From positions 150,001-182,000 of the forward strand of contig CAZIYE010000001.1 of the NCBI GenBank assembly GCA_964543385.1: a DNA stretch of 32,000 nt, read 5' to 3'. The notes under the pieces are model-generated. The model saw nothing but the letters and a program-made list of their open reading frames with translations, was not told the origin of the DNA and made no database searches. A program made the translations under genes and the position numbers. The first letter of the stretch is position 1. The number at the start of each line of letters is the position of its first letter. This DNA comes from an uncultured Candidatus Saccharibacteria bacterium (GTDB taxonomy: Bacteria; Patescibacteriota; UBA1384; XYA2-FULL-43-10; 1-14-0-10-43-13). Below are positions 23,724-32,000 of the stretch, piece after piece.

Positions 23724-23951
23724 TTATATCCCTGCAGGTTCGTCTGAATACCAGGATATATCTTCAGGATCATCATTGAAATCGCTAGCCATAGGAATGG
23801 GTGCTCCACCATCTTCAGAATCATCATTTGCCGAATAGTAATCTTCTCCCTTTATTTTTTCAAGTTGCAAACCACACAATGGACATTCGCCGCTGTCAAA
23901 ATTTGTATAACTGCAATCAACATCAGGACAATTGTACTTCTCTTCCTTCAT
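23724..23951 (-). CDS. Small zinc-ribbon protein with an acidic tail (75 aa)
   Basis: CPDVDC...CPLC is a four-Cys ribbon. GAGG RBS, own promoter and own terminator. Confidence 0.55.
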   Translation of the reverse strand: MKEEKYNCPDVDCSYTNFDSGECPLCGLQLEKIKGEDYYSANDDSEDGGAPIPMASDFNDDPEDISWYSDEPAGI

Positions 23952-23995
23952 TTAGAGCCTCTTTTTTTGTTTTAATTTTTTAATAACTGAATTGG

Positions 23996-24025
23996 ATTGT
24001 AACGGCCAACATTTATAATTGTCAA
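23996..24025 (-). promoter_or_regulatory. Candidate promoter of the zinc-ribbon gene (TTGACA-18-TACAAT)
   Basis: On the minus strand the -35 is at 24020-24025 and the -10 at 23996-24001. Confidence 0.45.
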
Positions 24026-24106
24026 CAAATAGTTATCCCCAGCCAAGCAATTAGCATTTTTTTATAGTTCAGTAAAAGGTTTTTTATAAAATTAATAATT
24101 TTATTT

Positions 24107-24712
24107 TTAGTATTCTCGTCTGCCCTCAAGCGAACGTTTTAGCGTCACCTCGTCTGCATACTCTAGATCTCCACCCACTGGTAAACCTCTTGCTATCCGA
24201 GTAACTTTGACTGGCAAATTTAACTCTTGAATTTTCCCTCTGATGTATGTAGCTGTGGCTTCTCCTTCAAGATTTGGATTGGTAGCTAATATTACTTCGC
24301 TCGGGTCATCATTGCTGACACGGTCGATTAACTGGGCAATTCTCAATTCATCTGGCCCTATGCCGTTTATAGGAGATATCACTCCACCCAACACGTGATA
24401 TAAGCTAGAAAGGCCATATGATCTCTCCAGGGCTATGACATCAAGCGGTTCTTCCACAACGGTTATTATTGTTTTGTCCCTTTTGTCATCAGAGCAAATT
24501 AGACATGTTTCTGTCTCAGAAATATTAAAACACTTATTACAATAAGTTAGATTTGATGCCAATTCCAAAACACTCTTTCCGAGCGTGTTAATATCGGCCT
24601 TAGATTTTGTCAGCAGATAAAAAACCAGCCTGGCGGCAGTTTTTGGTCCAACTCCTGGTAGTTTAGAAAATTCATCAATTAAATTTTGGACTGATCTAGG
24701 TAGCATTTGCAT
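24107..24712 (-). CDS. recR: Recombination protein RecR
   Basis: HhH motif LPGVGPKTAARL, a C4 zinc finger CNKCFNISETETCLIC, and a Toprim region. Confidence 0.92.
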   Translation of the reverse strand: MQMLPRSVQNLIDEFSKLPGVGPKTAARLVFYLLTKSKADINTLGKSVLELASNLTYCNKCFNISETETCLICSDDKRDKTIITVVEEPLDVIALERSYGLSSLYHVLGGVISPINGIGPDELRIAQLIDRVSNDDPSEVILATNPNLEGEATATYIRGKIQELNLPVKVTRIARGLPVGGDLEYADEVTLKRSLEGRREY

Positions 24713-24741
24713 AAAAACTGTCGACTGACAACTGTCGACAG
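24713..24741 (-). terminator. Palindromic hairpin plus U5 between topA and recR
   Basis: CTGTCGAC-N8-GTCGACAG at 24718-24741 is followed on the minus strand by TTTTT, which abuts the recR ATG. No SD is visible for recR. Confidence 0.4.
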
Positions 24742-24768
24742 CCCCATTATTTTAATAACAATTGTCTT

Positions 24769-26928
24769 TTAGCTATTGTCTATTGTCTGTTCTGGCTTAT
24801 CCCATGTCGCATAATCACACTCTGGATATCTGGAGCATCCCCAGAAAGATCTCCTTCTTTTTGTCTTTCTCTCTATCACTTCGCCTTTTTCACATTTCGG
24901 ACACTTAATTCCAGTTTTACCAACGATAGCCTTTGTATTCTTGCATTTTGGATAATTCTCGCAAGCCAAAAATTTGCCAAATCTCCCCTCTTTAAGAACC
25001 ATCTTGCCGCCACATTTTTCACATTTTTCCTTCTCAGCGTCGGGCAAGCTTTCTGTTTTGCCATCACCTTCTAGAACCTCTAAATTTTTGTCATCGGTTT
25101 TTGTTTCGATCGGTCTTGAATATTTGCAAGTCGGATATCCAGTACAAGCAATAAATTTACCAAATCTACCATGTTTAATTACCAATGGCTTGTCACATTC
25201 TGGACAAGATTCACCAGTTTCTTCAACAGGCATTACTTCATTTTTATTTATTTCTTTATCTTTTAAAGCTAGATTCTTAGCAAAGGGCTTGTAAAATTCA
25301 TCAATAACGCCATGCCACTCTCTTTTTCCTTCGGCAATTTCATCAAACTCATCTTCCATCTTTGCGGTAAACTGGTAATCGACTATCTCTTGAAAATGTT
25401 TTACAAGTAGATCGTTTACGATAGATCCTATTTCAGTTGGCTGAAATCTTTTTGTAATTAGCTCAACATAGCCACGTTTTTGTATTGTTTCAAGGGTTGG
25501 AGCATAGGTTGAAGGACGTCCGATACCCAAACTTTCGAGTTTCTTAACGAGAGTTGCTTCGGAATATCGTTTAGGCGGCTCGGTAAATTTCTGATCTTTG
25601 ATCATTCTAATAAAATCAAGAATATCGCTTACTTCCATTTTTGGTATCTTGGTTGTTTCTTTCTCGGTATCATCATCGCTACTCTCCTGATAAACCTTCA
25701 TAAAACCATCAAATTTAACCATCTCTCCCTTGGCTAGAAATACATACTTCTTTGCGGTATCAGCAAGCACTTTTACCTTAACAACATCAATAATTGCATC
25801 TGCCATTTGAGTTGCAACAGTTCTTTTCCATATAAGATCGTATAATTTTTGACCACGGCGGTCGTCTGTTACATTCAATTTCTCAAAATGAGTTGGTCTG
25901 ATTGCCTCATGCGCTTCCTGTGCATGTTTTGTCTTTGTGGCAAAAGATCTTCCCTTGCCTGCTATATATTCTTCTCCAAATTGATTAGTTATTACTCCCT
26001 TTATCGCCAAGACAGCTTCAACAGACAAATTTATTGAGTCAGTACGCATATAGGTAATATGTCCAGCCTCATAAAGCTGCTGAGCTAAAACCATTGTTTG
26101 CTTAGGTGAATAGCCAAGTTTTCTCGAAGCCTCCATCTGCAAGGTCGATGTTGTAAATGGCGCCGATGGACGGCGGATTGAATCTTCATGTTTAATATCT
26201 AAAACCTGATAAGAAGCATTTTTTAGATTATTATAAATTTCTGTTGCTGCTTCCTCGGTCTTAATATCCATTTTTCCAACCGATTTACCATCTATTTCTG
26301 ATAATAATGCAACAAATGATTCTTTGCTCTTTGTCGCAAGCTCTGCACCAATCAACCAATATTCCACTGGCTTGAAGTTCTCTATTTCTCTTTCTTTTTC
26401 CACTACCAAACGGACAGCAACAGACTGGACACGACCAGCCGAAAGTCCTTTTTTGACCTTTTTCCAAAGTAATGGAGACAGTTTATATCCAACAAGACGA
26501 TCAAGAACTCTTCGCGCTTGCTGTGCATCAACTAAATTTATATCAAGGTCTCTAGGATTCTTAACTGCATTTTCAATCGCATTTTTTGTTATTTCATGAA
26601 AAACAATCCTTTTTACTCTGGAATCTTTCTTCTTAAGCCCTAAAGCATGAGTCAAATGCCACGAGATTGCTTCTCCTTCACGATCCAAGTCAGTTGCTAA
26701 ATAAACTATTTCTGCCTTCGATGAATATTCTTTGAGCGCTGAAATAGTTTTTTTTGCCTTTGGTAAAATTTGATACTGAGGATCATAATTTTTCTCAATA
26801 TCGATCCCGATATTCTTCTCCAGCAAATCCCGAACATGACCAAAAGAAGCCAAGACCTTATAGTCACGACCAAGATATTTTTCTATTGTCTTTGCTTTCG
26901 CAGGAGACTCTACTATTACTAGATTCAT
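24769..26928 (-). CDS. topA: DNA topoisomerase I with C-terminal zinc-ribbon repeats
   Basis: Toprim N-terminus MNLVIVESPAKAKTIEKYLG, active-site region GHITYMRTDS, and three C4 ribbons at the C-terminus. Confidence 0.95.
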   Translation of the reverse strand: MNLVIVESPAKAKTIEKYLGRDYKVLASFGHVRDLLEKNIGIDIEKNYDPQYQILPKAKKTISALKEYSSKAEIVYLATDLDREGEAISWHLTHALGLKKKDSRVKRIVFHEITKNAIENAVKNPRDLDINLVDAQQARRVLDRLVGYKLSPLLWKKVKKGLSAGRVQSVAVRLVVEKEREIENFKPVEYWLIGAELATKSKESFVALLSEIDGKSVGKMDIKTEEAATEIYNNLKNASYQVLDIKHEDSIRRPSAPFTTSTLQMEASRKLGYSPKQTMVLAQQLYEAGHITYMRTDSINLSVEAVLAIKGVITNQFGEEYIAGKGRSFATKTKHAQEAHEAIRPTHFEKLNVTDDRRGQKLYDLIWKRTVATQMADAIIDVVKVKVLADTAKKYVFLAKGEMVKFDGFMKVYQESSDDDTEKETTKIPKMEVSDILDFIRMIKDQKFTEPPKRYSEATLVKKLESLGIGRPSTYAPTLETIQKRGYVELITKRFQPTEIGSIVNDLLVKHFQEIVDYQFTAKMEDEFDEIAEGKREWHGVIDEFYKPFAKNLALKDKEINKNEVMPVEETGESCPECDKPLVIKHGRFGKFIACTGYPTCKYSRPIETKTDDKNLEVLEGDGKTESLPDAEKEKCEKCGGKMVLKEGRFGKFLACENYPKCKNTKAIVGKTGIKCPKCEKGEVIERKTKRRRSFWGCSRYPECDYATWDKPEQTIDNS

Positions 26929-27040
26929 ACTTTTTGCCTTTTTTGATTTGTTTTTGTTTTATACTATTAGTTAAATTAACAGCTAGAAAATAAAATTACA
27001 ACAGATGCTGGTATGACAATAAATAAGTTTGTCCAAAATT

Positions 27041-28120
27041 TTATTTATTTAATTTATAAAAACCACCACCTGAGTTTACAACCATGCCCTTCATCTCGAG
27101 TATTGTTAGGACTGAATTTACAGCCACAATGTTAAGCTTACTTTGCCTAATCAAATCATCAATCAGGCAATCACCATTTGATAAAATATTGGCTATGATT
27201 TTTTCATCGTCCGACTCCGGTATCAGCTCTTTCGCTTTTTGTCGACATTGTGTTATTTCTATATTTAGTTCTTTCAATATATCTTCTACACCCAACACTA
27301 ATTTTGCACCCTCCTGGATCAGTTTATTGGTACCAATAGAATTTTCATTATCAATATTTCCAGGAAGAGCAAACACATCTCTGCTACATTCAAGAGCCTG
27401 ATAAGCGGTTATTAAGGCACCGGATCTTTCTGCCGCCTCAATTACCAAAACGCCACGAGATAATCCTGCTATTATTCTATTGCGAGCAGGAAAATTTTGC
27501 TTCATAGGCGGTACACCTAAGGGAAATTCCGTTATTATCGCCCCACCTTTTTCAATTATTTCTTGACCAAGATGAAAATTACTAACTGGATAAATACTGT
27601 CCAAACCGCAGCCCAGGACACCTACCGTTTTCCCATTTACATCCAAGGCCGCCTGATGTGCAAATGAGTCAACGCCTAATGCTAAACCAGAAATAATAGT
27701 TATACCTAGGTCTGCACACTCTTTCGATAATTTGTATGAAAACTTCTTACCATAGTTTGTATATTTTCGACTACCAACAACTCCGAGAGAAAATGTATCT
27801 AAGATACTAATATCCCCTTTTATATAAAGTACCGCTGGGCAATCATAAACTTCCTTCAAAAGTTTAGGGTAATTTTTATCAAAAATTGTAATATAGCCCA
27901 CACCAAATCTTGTCAGCTTATCTATCTCATCGTCAGGATTATATTTAGATCTAGCTTCTATAATATATGAAGCAATTTTTTCCCCAAGCTTCTGGACAAG
28001 ATGTTCTTTACTATCGGACCACAAAGTTTTTGGGTTATTGTACGAGATCAATATTTTTTTAAGAGTTTGTCCACCAATTTTATGGTGACAATTCAAGGCA
28101 ATAAGATATTTAGTATCCAT
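27041..28120 (-). CDS. dprA: DNA processing protein DprA
   Basis: Contains GSRKYTNYGKKF...ISGLALGVDSFAHQAAL...GVLGCGLDSIYP, a Rossmann-like DprA core, and a C-terminal winged-helix-like tail. Confidence 0.9.
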   Translation of the reverse strand: MDTKYLIALNCHHKIGGQTLKKILISYNNPKTLWSDSKEHLVQKLGEKIASYIIEARSKYNPDDEIDKLTRFGVGYITIFDKNYPKLLKEVYDCPAVLYIKGDISILDTFSLGVVGSRKYTNYGKKFSYKLSKECADLGITIISGLALGVDSFAHQAALDVNGKTVGVLGCGLDSIYPVSNFHLGQEIIEKGGAIITEFPLGVPPMKQNFPARNRIIAGLSRGVLVIEAAERSGALITAYQALECSRDVFALPGNIDNENSIGTNKLIQEGAKLVLGVEDILKELNIEITQCRQKAKELIPESDDEKIIANILSNGDCLIDDLIRQSKLNIVAVNSVLTILEMKGMVVNSGGGFYKLNK

Positions 28121-28193
28121 TTCCCTCCCTTAAACAATCTTAGCTATTTGAAAACTACTAATTTTACATTTGTTATATTATATAACTCTAATA

Positions 28194-30035
28194 CTACTTT
28201 GTTGCCTTAATCTTTTCTACTGCTTTATTGAGCAACTTCGAATAAAGAACTAGGCCCATTGTTTCCATACTGCCATGTTGCTCTTTGCCTAATATATTTC
28301 CACCTCCCCTTATTTCCAAATCATGAAGAGCAATATTATAGCCACAACCCAATTCTGTATTTTCAGCAATCGCCCTGAGTCTTTTGATAGCATTTTCGCT
28401 AATTTTTTTATTTCGATATGTAAATAGTGCATAAGCCTTTTTAATACTCCTACCGATTCGTCCCCTGATTTGATAAAGTTGCGAGAGACCAAAATTATCT
28501 GAATCGTCTACTATGAGAGTATTCACGTTTTGCATGTCTAAACCGTTTTCGATAATAGTTGAACAAACTAAGATGTCTATTCTCTTTTCCAGGAAATCCT
28601 TCATTGTTCGAGCCAAAGCTTTTTCTCCCATTTGACCATGGGCTACTTCAATATTCAGATCAGGAAATTTTTCCGACAACATTCTTTTAACTGAATTAAT
28701 ATTTGCTACTTTATTATGAAGATAATAAACCTGGCCAGATCTTTCTATCTCTCTCCCTATATATTTACAGATTTTATCAATATCAAAAACAGCAACTTCA
28801 GTTAAAACTGGCAGGCGCCCTTTTGGTATAGAACTTATAGAAGAAATGTCTCTCAAACCAGAGAGGGCCATAAATAAAGTTCTCGGTATGGGCGTAGCAG
28901 TCAAACTCAATACATCTATATGTTCACGATATTTCTTAAGATTTTCCTTATCTTTAACACCAAACTTCTGCTCTTCATCTATTATCAAAAGACCAATATT
29001 CTTAAAATTAATATTACGACGTATGATTGAATGCGTACCGATTAATATATCAACGTTTCCACTTTCACATTTAGATATTGTCTTATTCTGTGAGTCCACT
29101 TCAACAAACCTACTAAGCCGATCTATATTGATAGGAAGTTTTGATAAACGCTGGCAAAAAGTAGAATAATGTTGTTCCGCTAAAATTGTTGTAGGAACGA
29201 GTATAGCTACCTGATAGCCATTGGCTACAGTTTGCACGGCAGCTCTGAGAGCAACCTCTGTTTTGCCAAAACCAACATCACCACAAACCAATCTGTCCAT
29301 CGGCTTCTTACTAGATAAATCTTTGAATACCTCTTTTATCGCTTGGATTTGATCTTCGGTCTCAGAGAATCCAAATGAATCGACTGATTTGTTATTCCAT
29401 TCAGAATTAATCTCTCTTGGAACTTTTATAGTTAACTCTCTTTTCGCATAAACCAGTAAAAGCTCACGTGCTATTTTTATGACATCTTCATACACTCTCT
29501 TATAGCTTTTCTTCCAGGCTGTTCCGCCCAACTTATTCAGCTTAGGCCTTCTCCTGCCCACACCAATGTATTTACTCAATTTATCAGCCTGAGTTGATGG
29601 CACATACAAGACATCATTATTTAGATATTCTATTTCAAAATAGACAATTTCTTCCCCAGCAACGACTTTTACTCTAACCCTCTTGAAAATACCGATTCCA
29701 TGATCTTCATGAACAATAAAATCGCCAGGGAACACTACACTTTTATCAACTAGTTTTAATTGGTTAGGTAGAAGATTTATTTCCAATAAATCTTTGCTCT
29801 TCTTTCCCGTTTCTAAGTCATATAAAAATATTTGTTCTATTTCATTACCAAAAAAATCTATTTTTATAGGCACTGAAATATCAGATGGAAAAATATTAAT
29901 CATGCCCCCCGCCGAAACAAACTCTCCGCTATTAGAAATGTTTATTACTTTTTCATAACCAAAATCTACTAAAGCCCTAGTGAGATCAGCAATAGTATGA
30001 TTTGTTCCTACTTTTAGTAAAATACTTCCCTGCAT
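28194..30035 (-). CDS. mfd: Truncated transcription-repair coupling factor (Mfd-like, 613 aa)
   Basis: CarD/TRCF RNAP-interaction block GDFIVHEDHGIGIF. SF2 motifs GDVGFGKTEVALRAA, DEEQKFG, LSLTATPIPRT and QLYQIRGRIGRS. It is about half the usual Mfd length and appears to lack most of the UvrB-homology N-terminus and the C-terminal D7 region. Confidence 0.8.
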   Translation of the reverse strand: MQGSILLKVGTNHTIADLTRALVDFGYEKVINISNSGEFVSAGGMINIFPSDISVPIKIDFFGNEIEQIFLYDLETGKKSKDLLEINLLPNQLKLVDKSVVFPGDFIVHEDHGIGIFKRVRVKVVAGEEIVYFEIEYLNNDVLYVPSTQADKLSKYIGVGRRRPKLNKLGGTAWKKSYKRVYEDVIKIARELLLVYAKRELTIKVPREINSEWNNKSVDSFGFSETEDQIQAIKEVFKDLSSKKPMDRLVCGDVGFGKTEVALRAAVQTVANGYQVAILVPTTILAEQHYSTFCQRLSKLPINIDRLSRFVEVDSQNKTISKCESGNVDILIGTHSIIRRNINFKNIGLLIIDEEQKFGVKDKENLKKYREHIDVLSLTATPIPRTLFMALSGLRDISSISSIPKGRLPVLTEVAVFDIDKICKYIGREIERSGQVYYLHNKVANINSVKRMLSEKFPDLNIEVAHGQMGEKALARTMKDFLEKRIDILVCSTIIENGLDMQNVNTLIVDDSDNFGLSQLYQIRGRIGRSIKKAYALFTYRNKKISENAIKRLRAIAENTELGCGYNIALHDLEIRGGGNILGKEQHGSMETMGLVLYSKLLNKAVEKIKATK

Positions 30036-30092
30036 AATTTGACAATATACTAAAGATACTGCTAATATTCAAATGTTGAATAAAGTCCTATT

Positions 30093-30141
30093 GTCTGTGA
30101 TCGAAAAACGTTGCCCCTCCTTTCGTTTTGAGATCACAGAC
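30093..30141 (-). other. Extended hairpin upstream of mfd with a GGAGGGG-containing loop
   Basis: The minus strand reads GUCUGUGAUC-UC-AAAACG-AAAGGAGGGGCAA-CGUUUU-UC-GAUCACAGAC: 10 + 6 bp with a symmetric internal loop. Confidence 0.6.
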
Positions 30142-30152
30142 GGTACCTACTT

Positions 30153-30190
30153 TATAAAAGAATTCCGCCGCAAGGTGGAATTCTTTTTTT
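30153..30190 (-). terminator. Bidirectional-type intrinsic terminator after rplK
   Basis: GAAUUCCACC-UUGC-GGCGGAAUUC (one G-U pair) has an A-tract before it and a U-tract after it. Confidence 0.8.
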
Positions 30191-30211
30191 ATATGTATAT
30201 TTTTATTCTTA

Positions 30212-30637
30212 CTATTTCTCGATCTCTACGCCCATGCTTCGTGCAGTACCGGCAATAATCTTTTTGGCCGCCTCAATATCATTCGCGTTCAGATCACTCA
30301 TCTTAGAATTAGCAATCTCTTCTAACTGACCTTGAGATAGTTTACCGATTTTATTCTTCTTCGAATTATCAGAACCTTTTTCTTTTTTCATGGCCTGCAT
30401 TATTAATACTGCTGCAGGTGGTTGCTTCAGGATAAAGCTAAATGTTCTATCTTCGTAGATAGTTATCTCTACTGGAATAATAGTGTTACCCTTATCTTTA
30501 GTCTGGTCATTGAACGATTTACAGAATTCCATAATATTCACGCCATGCTGACCCAACGCAGGACCAACAGGAGGCGCTGGATTTGCTTTACCAGCAGGAC
30601 ACTGAAGTTTTACTATTGCTTTTATTGCTTTTGCCAT
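30212..30637 (-). CDS. rplK: 50S ribosomal protein L11
   Basis: Contains [34 protein letters not shown], the canonical L11 N-terminal domain. Confidence 0.95.
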   Translation of the reverse strand: MAKAIKAIVKLQCPAGKANPAPPVGPALGQHGVNIMEFCKSFNDQTKDKGNTIIPVEITIYEDRTFSFILKQPPAAVLIMQAMKKEKGSDNSKKNKIGKLSQGQLEEIANSKMSDLNANDIEAAKKIIAGTARSMGVEIEK

Positions 30638-30749
30638 AATTACCTTTTTGATTATAATCTGAAATTAGAAGCTTAAAAAATTTAGGATTATAACTTAATT
30701 ATTCGTTATTTGTTTATTAGTTTGATTGGTTATCTGTATTATTTGGCCA

Positions 30750-31391
30750 CTACATTTTCTTAACTTGAAGAAAATCAAGGTTTACGGGGGTTTCTCTACC
30801 AAACATGTTTACCATAACTTTAAGCTTGCCTTTGTCTTGGTCGACTTCCTCTACTTTGCCCTCAAAACCCTTGAGAGCTCCATCTGTGATTTTTACAAGA
30901 TCGCCAACCACAAAATCAATCTGATATTTTGGCTCTTTTACACCCATTCTCTTCTTTAATCTGTCGATTTCTTCCTTAGACATTGGGGTTGGCCTTACGC
31001 CAAAACCAATAAATCCGGTGACGTTTGGTGTATTTCTAACCACATACCAGGAATCATCGGTTACAATCATATCTACCAAAACATATCCTGGAAAAATCTT
31101 CTTTTCTGCAATTTTTCTTTTGCCATTCTTGATTTCGATGGTCTTCTCTTTGGGCACAATCACATCAAAGATCTTGTCTTGCATGTTCATTGATTCAATT
31201 CTCTGTTTTAGAGAATCAGCAACTTGCTCTTCATATCCAGAATAGGTATGAATAACATACCAACTTCGCTCACCGGTCTGCTTCAAAGTAAGAAACTTTT
31301 TACGTTCCTCTTTAACAGTTTCCTCTCCGTCTAGGCTCGCCTCAGCCGAGACTGATGGGCTCTCTTTTTCGATTGTTTTTTCTTCTGTCAT
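30750..31391 (-). CDS. nusG: Transcription termination/antitermination factor NusG with an acidic N-terminal extension of about 40 aa
   Basis: NGN core WYVIHTYSGYEEQV and KOW motif VGDLVKITDGALKGFEGKVEEVD. Confidence 0.92.
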   Translation of the reverse strand: MTEEKTIEKESPSVSAEASLDGEETVKEERKKFLTLKQTGERSWYVIHTYSGYEEQVADSLKQRIESMNMQDKIFDVIVPKEKTIEIKNGKRKIAEKKIFPGYVLVDMIVTDDSWYVVRNTPNVTGFIGFGVRPTPMSKEEIDRLKKRMGVKEPKYQIDFVVGDLVKITDGALKGFEGKVEEVDQDKGKLKVMVNMFGRETPVNLDFLQVKKM

Positions 31392-31398
31392 TTTGCCC

Positions 31399-31596
31399 CT
31401 AACCTCTATTTTGTACTAAGTACTCAACTAATTTTGTTAAACCGAAGTCAATGGCCGAAGTCAAAGCAATTGCAATGGCTGCAGAGACTAAGACAATGAT
31501 CGTATGATTCACCACTTGCTTACCTGTTGGCCAACTAACTTTTTTAAGTTCCGACCATACCCCTTTGAAGTAAGTAACAATATTTAAGTTTTTCAT
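31399..31596 (-). CDS. secE: Preprotein translocase subunit SecE
   Basis: 65 aa with SELKKVSWPTGKQV followed by a single TM helix. It sits immediately upstream of nusG. Confidence 0.88.
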   Translation of the reverse strand: MKNLNIVTYFKGVWSELKKVSWPTGKQVVNHTIIVLVSAAIAIALTSAIDFGLTKLVEYLVQNRG

Positions 31597-31598
31597 AA

Positions 31599-31910
31599 TT
31601 AAAGTTTAATTTTTTTGATTGCAACAATTGTGTATTGTTGTCTGTGACCAAGATTTCTCTTGTAATGCTTCTTGGCATGAAATTTTATGCCGGAAACCTT
31701 ATCATCCTTAATGTCTTTCACAATCTCCCCGCTCACAGTTGCTCCGGCAATATATGGATTGCCAACCTTAACATCTTTACCGTCATCAACTAAAAGAATA
31801 TTAGAGAAAACGATTTCCTTATCATCCTCTTGATCAATAAGATCTATCTTATACTCTTTACCTTCTTCTACTCTGTACTGTTTTCCTTTGTAAGAAACGA
31901 TTGCAAACAT
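31599..31910 (-). CDS. rplU: 50S ribosomal protein L21
   Basis: Contains MFAIVSYKGKQYRVEEG and GHRQQYT, which match the L21 pattern. Confidence 0.9.
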   Translation of the reverse strand: MFAIVSYKGKQYRVEEGKEYKIDLIDQEDDKEIVFSNILLVDDGKDVKVGNPYIAGATVSGEIVKDIKDDKVSGIKFHAKKHYKRNLGHRQQYTIVAIKKIKL

Positions 31911-31924
31911 TATTCTCCTAACTT

Positions 31925-31980
31925 AAAAAAGACCCGAGGTCTATCTTCAATGATAATATCACAAGGGATAAAAATGTCAA
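31925..31980 (-). promoter_or_regulatory. rplU promoter (TTGACA-16-TATTAT) and a short hairpin-U tract in the 5' leader
   Basis: The -35 is at 31975-31980 and the -10 at 31953-31958. AGACC-UCG-GGUCU plus U5 lies at 31925-31942, about 15 nt before the RBS AGGAG. It may be an attenuator but is too short for me to call it the Rfam L21 leader. Confidence 0.4.
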
Positions 31981-32000
31981 GACTTGTAAGCATTATAATA

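Noticed and set aside
1-32000. CRISPR arrays, IS elements, integrases, transposases, reverse transcriptase/DGR template-variable repeat pairs, and prophage structural genes.
   Set aside because: No repeat-spacer periodicity, no recognisable recombinase or RT ORF, and no long duplicated segment was visible by eye. Short or diverged repeats could have been missed without a computational self-alignment.

Overview
The backbone is low-GC (about 32-38% in the 60-nt lines I counted by hand) and every supported gene is on the minus strand. It looks like a reduced Gram-positive-type or Patescibacteria (CPR)-like genome. That assignment is inference from gene content and architecture, not a database hit.

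Reading right to left, the core genes are rplU-secE-nusG-rplK, a truncated mfd, dprA, topA, recR, a small zinc-ribbon ORF, cysS, dus, an LPXTG/DUF11 surface protein, prfB in a single ORF, an M50B-like membrane protease, ybaB, pth, an odd tRNA-like gene, rplA-rplJ-rplL and tgt. After tgt comes an accessory operon of orphan proteins. It ends in a membrane-anchored type IV secretion-type P-loop ATPase that runs off the left edge and is absent from the ORF track.

The most unusual content is three sharply bounded high-GC cassettes at about 6561-7425, 10896-11300 and 18412-20645 (52-73% GC in counted lines).
- They sit in intergenic gaps of the backbone and are co-oriented with it.
- Each has a strong GGAGG-type RBS and ends in GC-rich hairpins.
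- They encode orphan proteins: three with classic Sec signal peptides and one small acidic cytoplasmic protein.
- No integrase, transposase or long flanking repeat is visible.
- Two cassettes are preceded by non-coding regions of about 0.4-0.65 kb. These carry near-consensus sigma-70 promoters (shared TTGACAAA -35 context) and dense RNA secondary structure. They include a terminator-bounded sRNA candidate of about 137 nt and a mutually exclusive helix arrangement.

I cannot assign a function to the cassettes or the RNAs from sequence alone. An assembly chimera has to be excluded experimentally.
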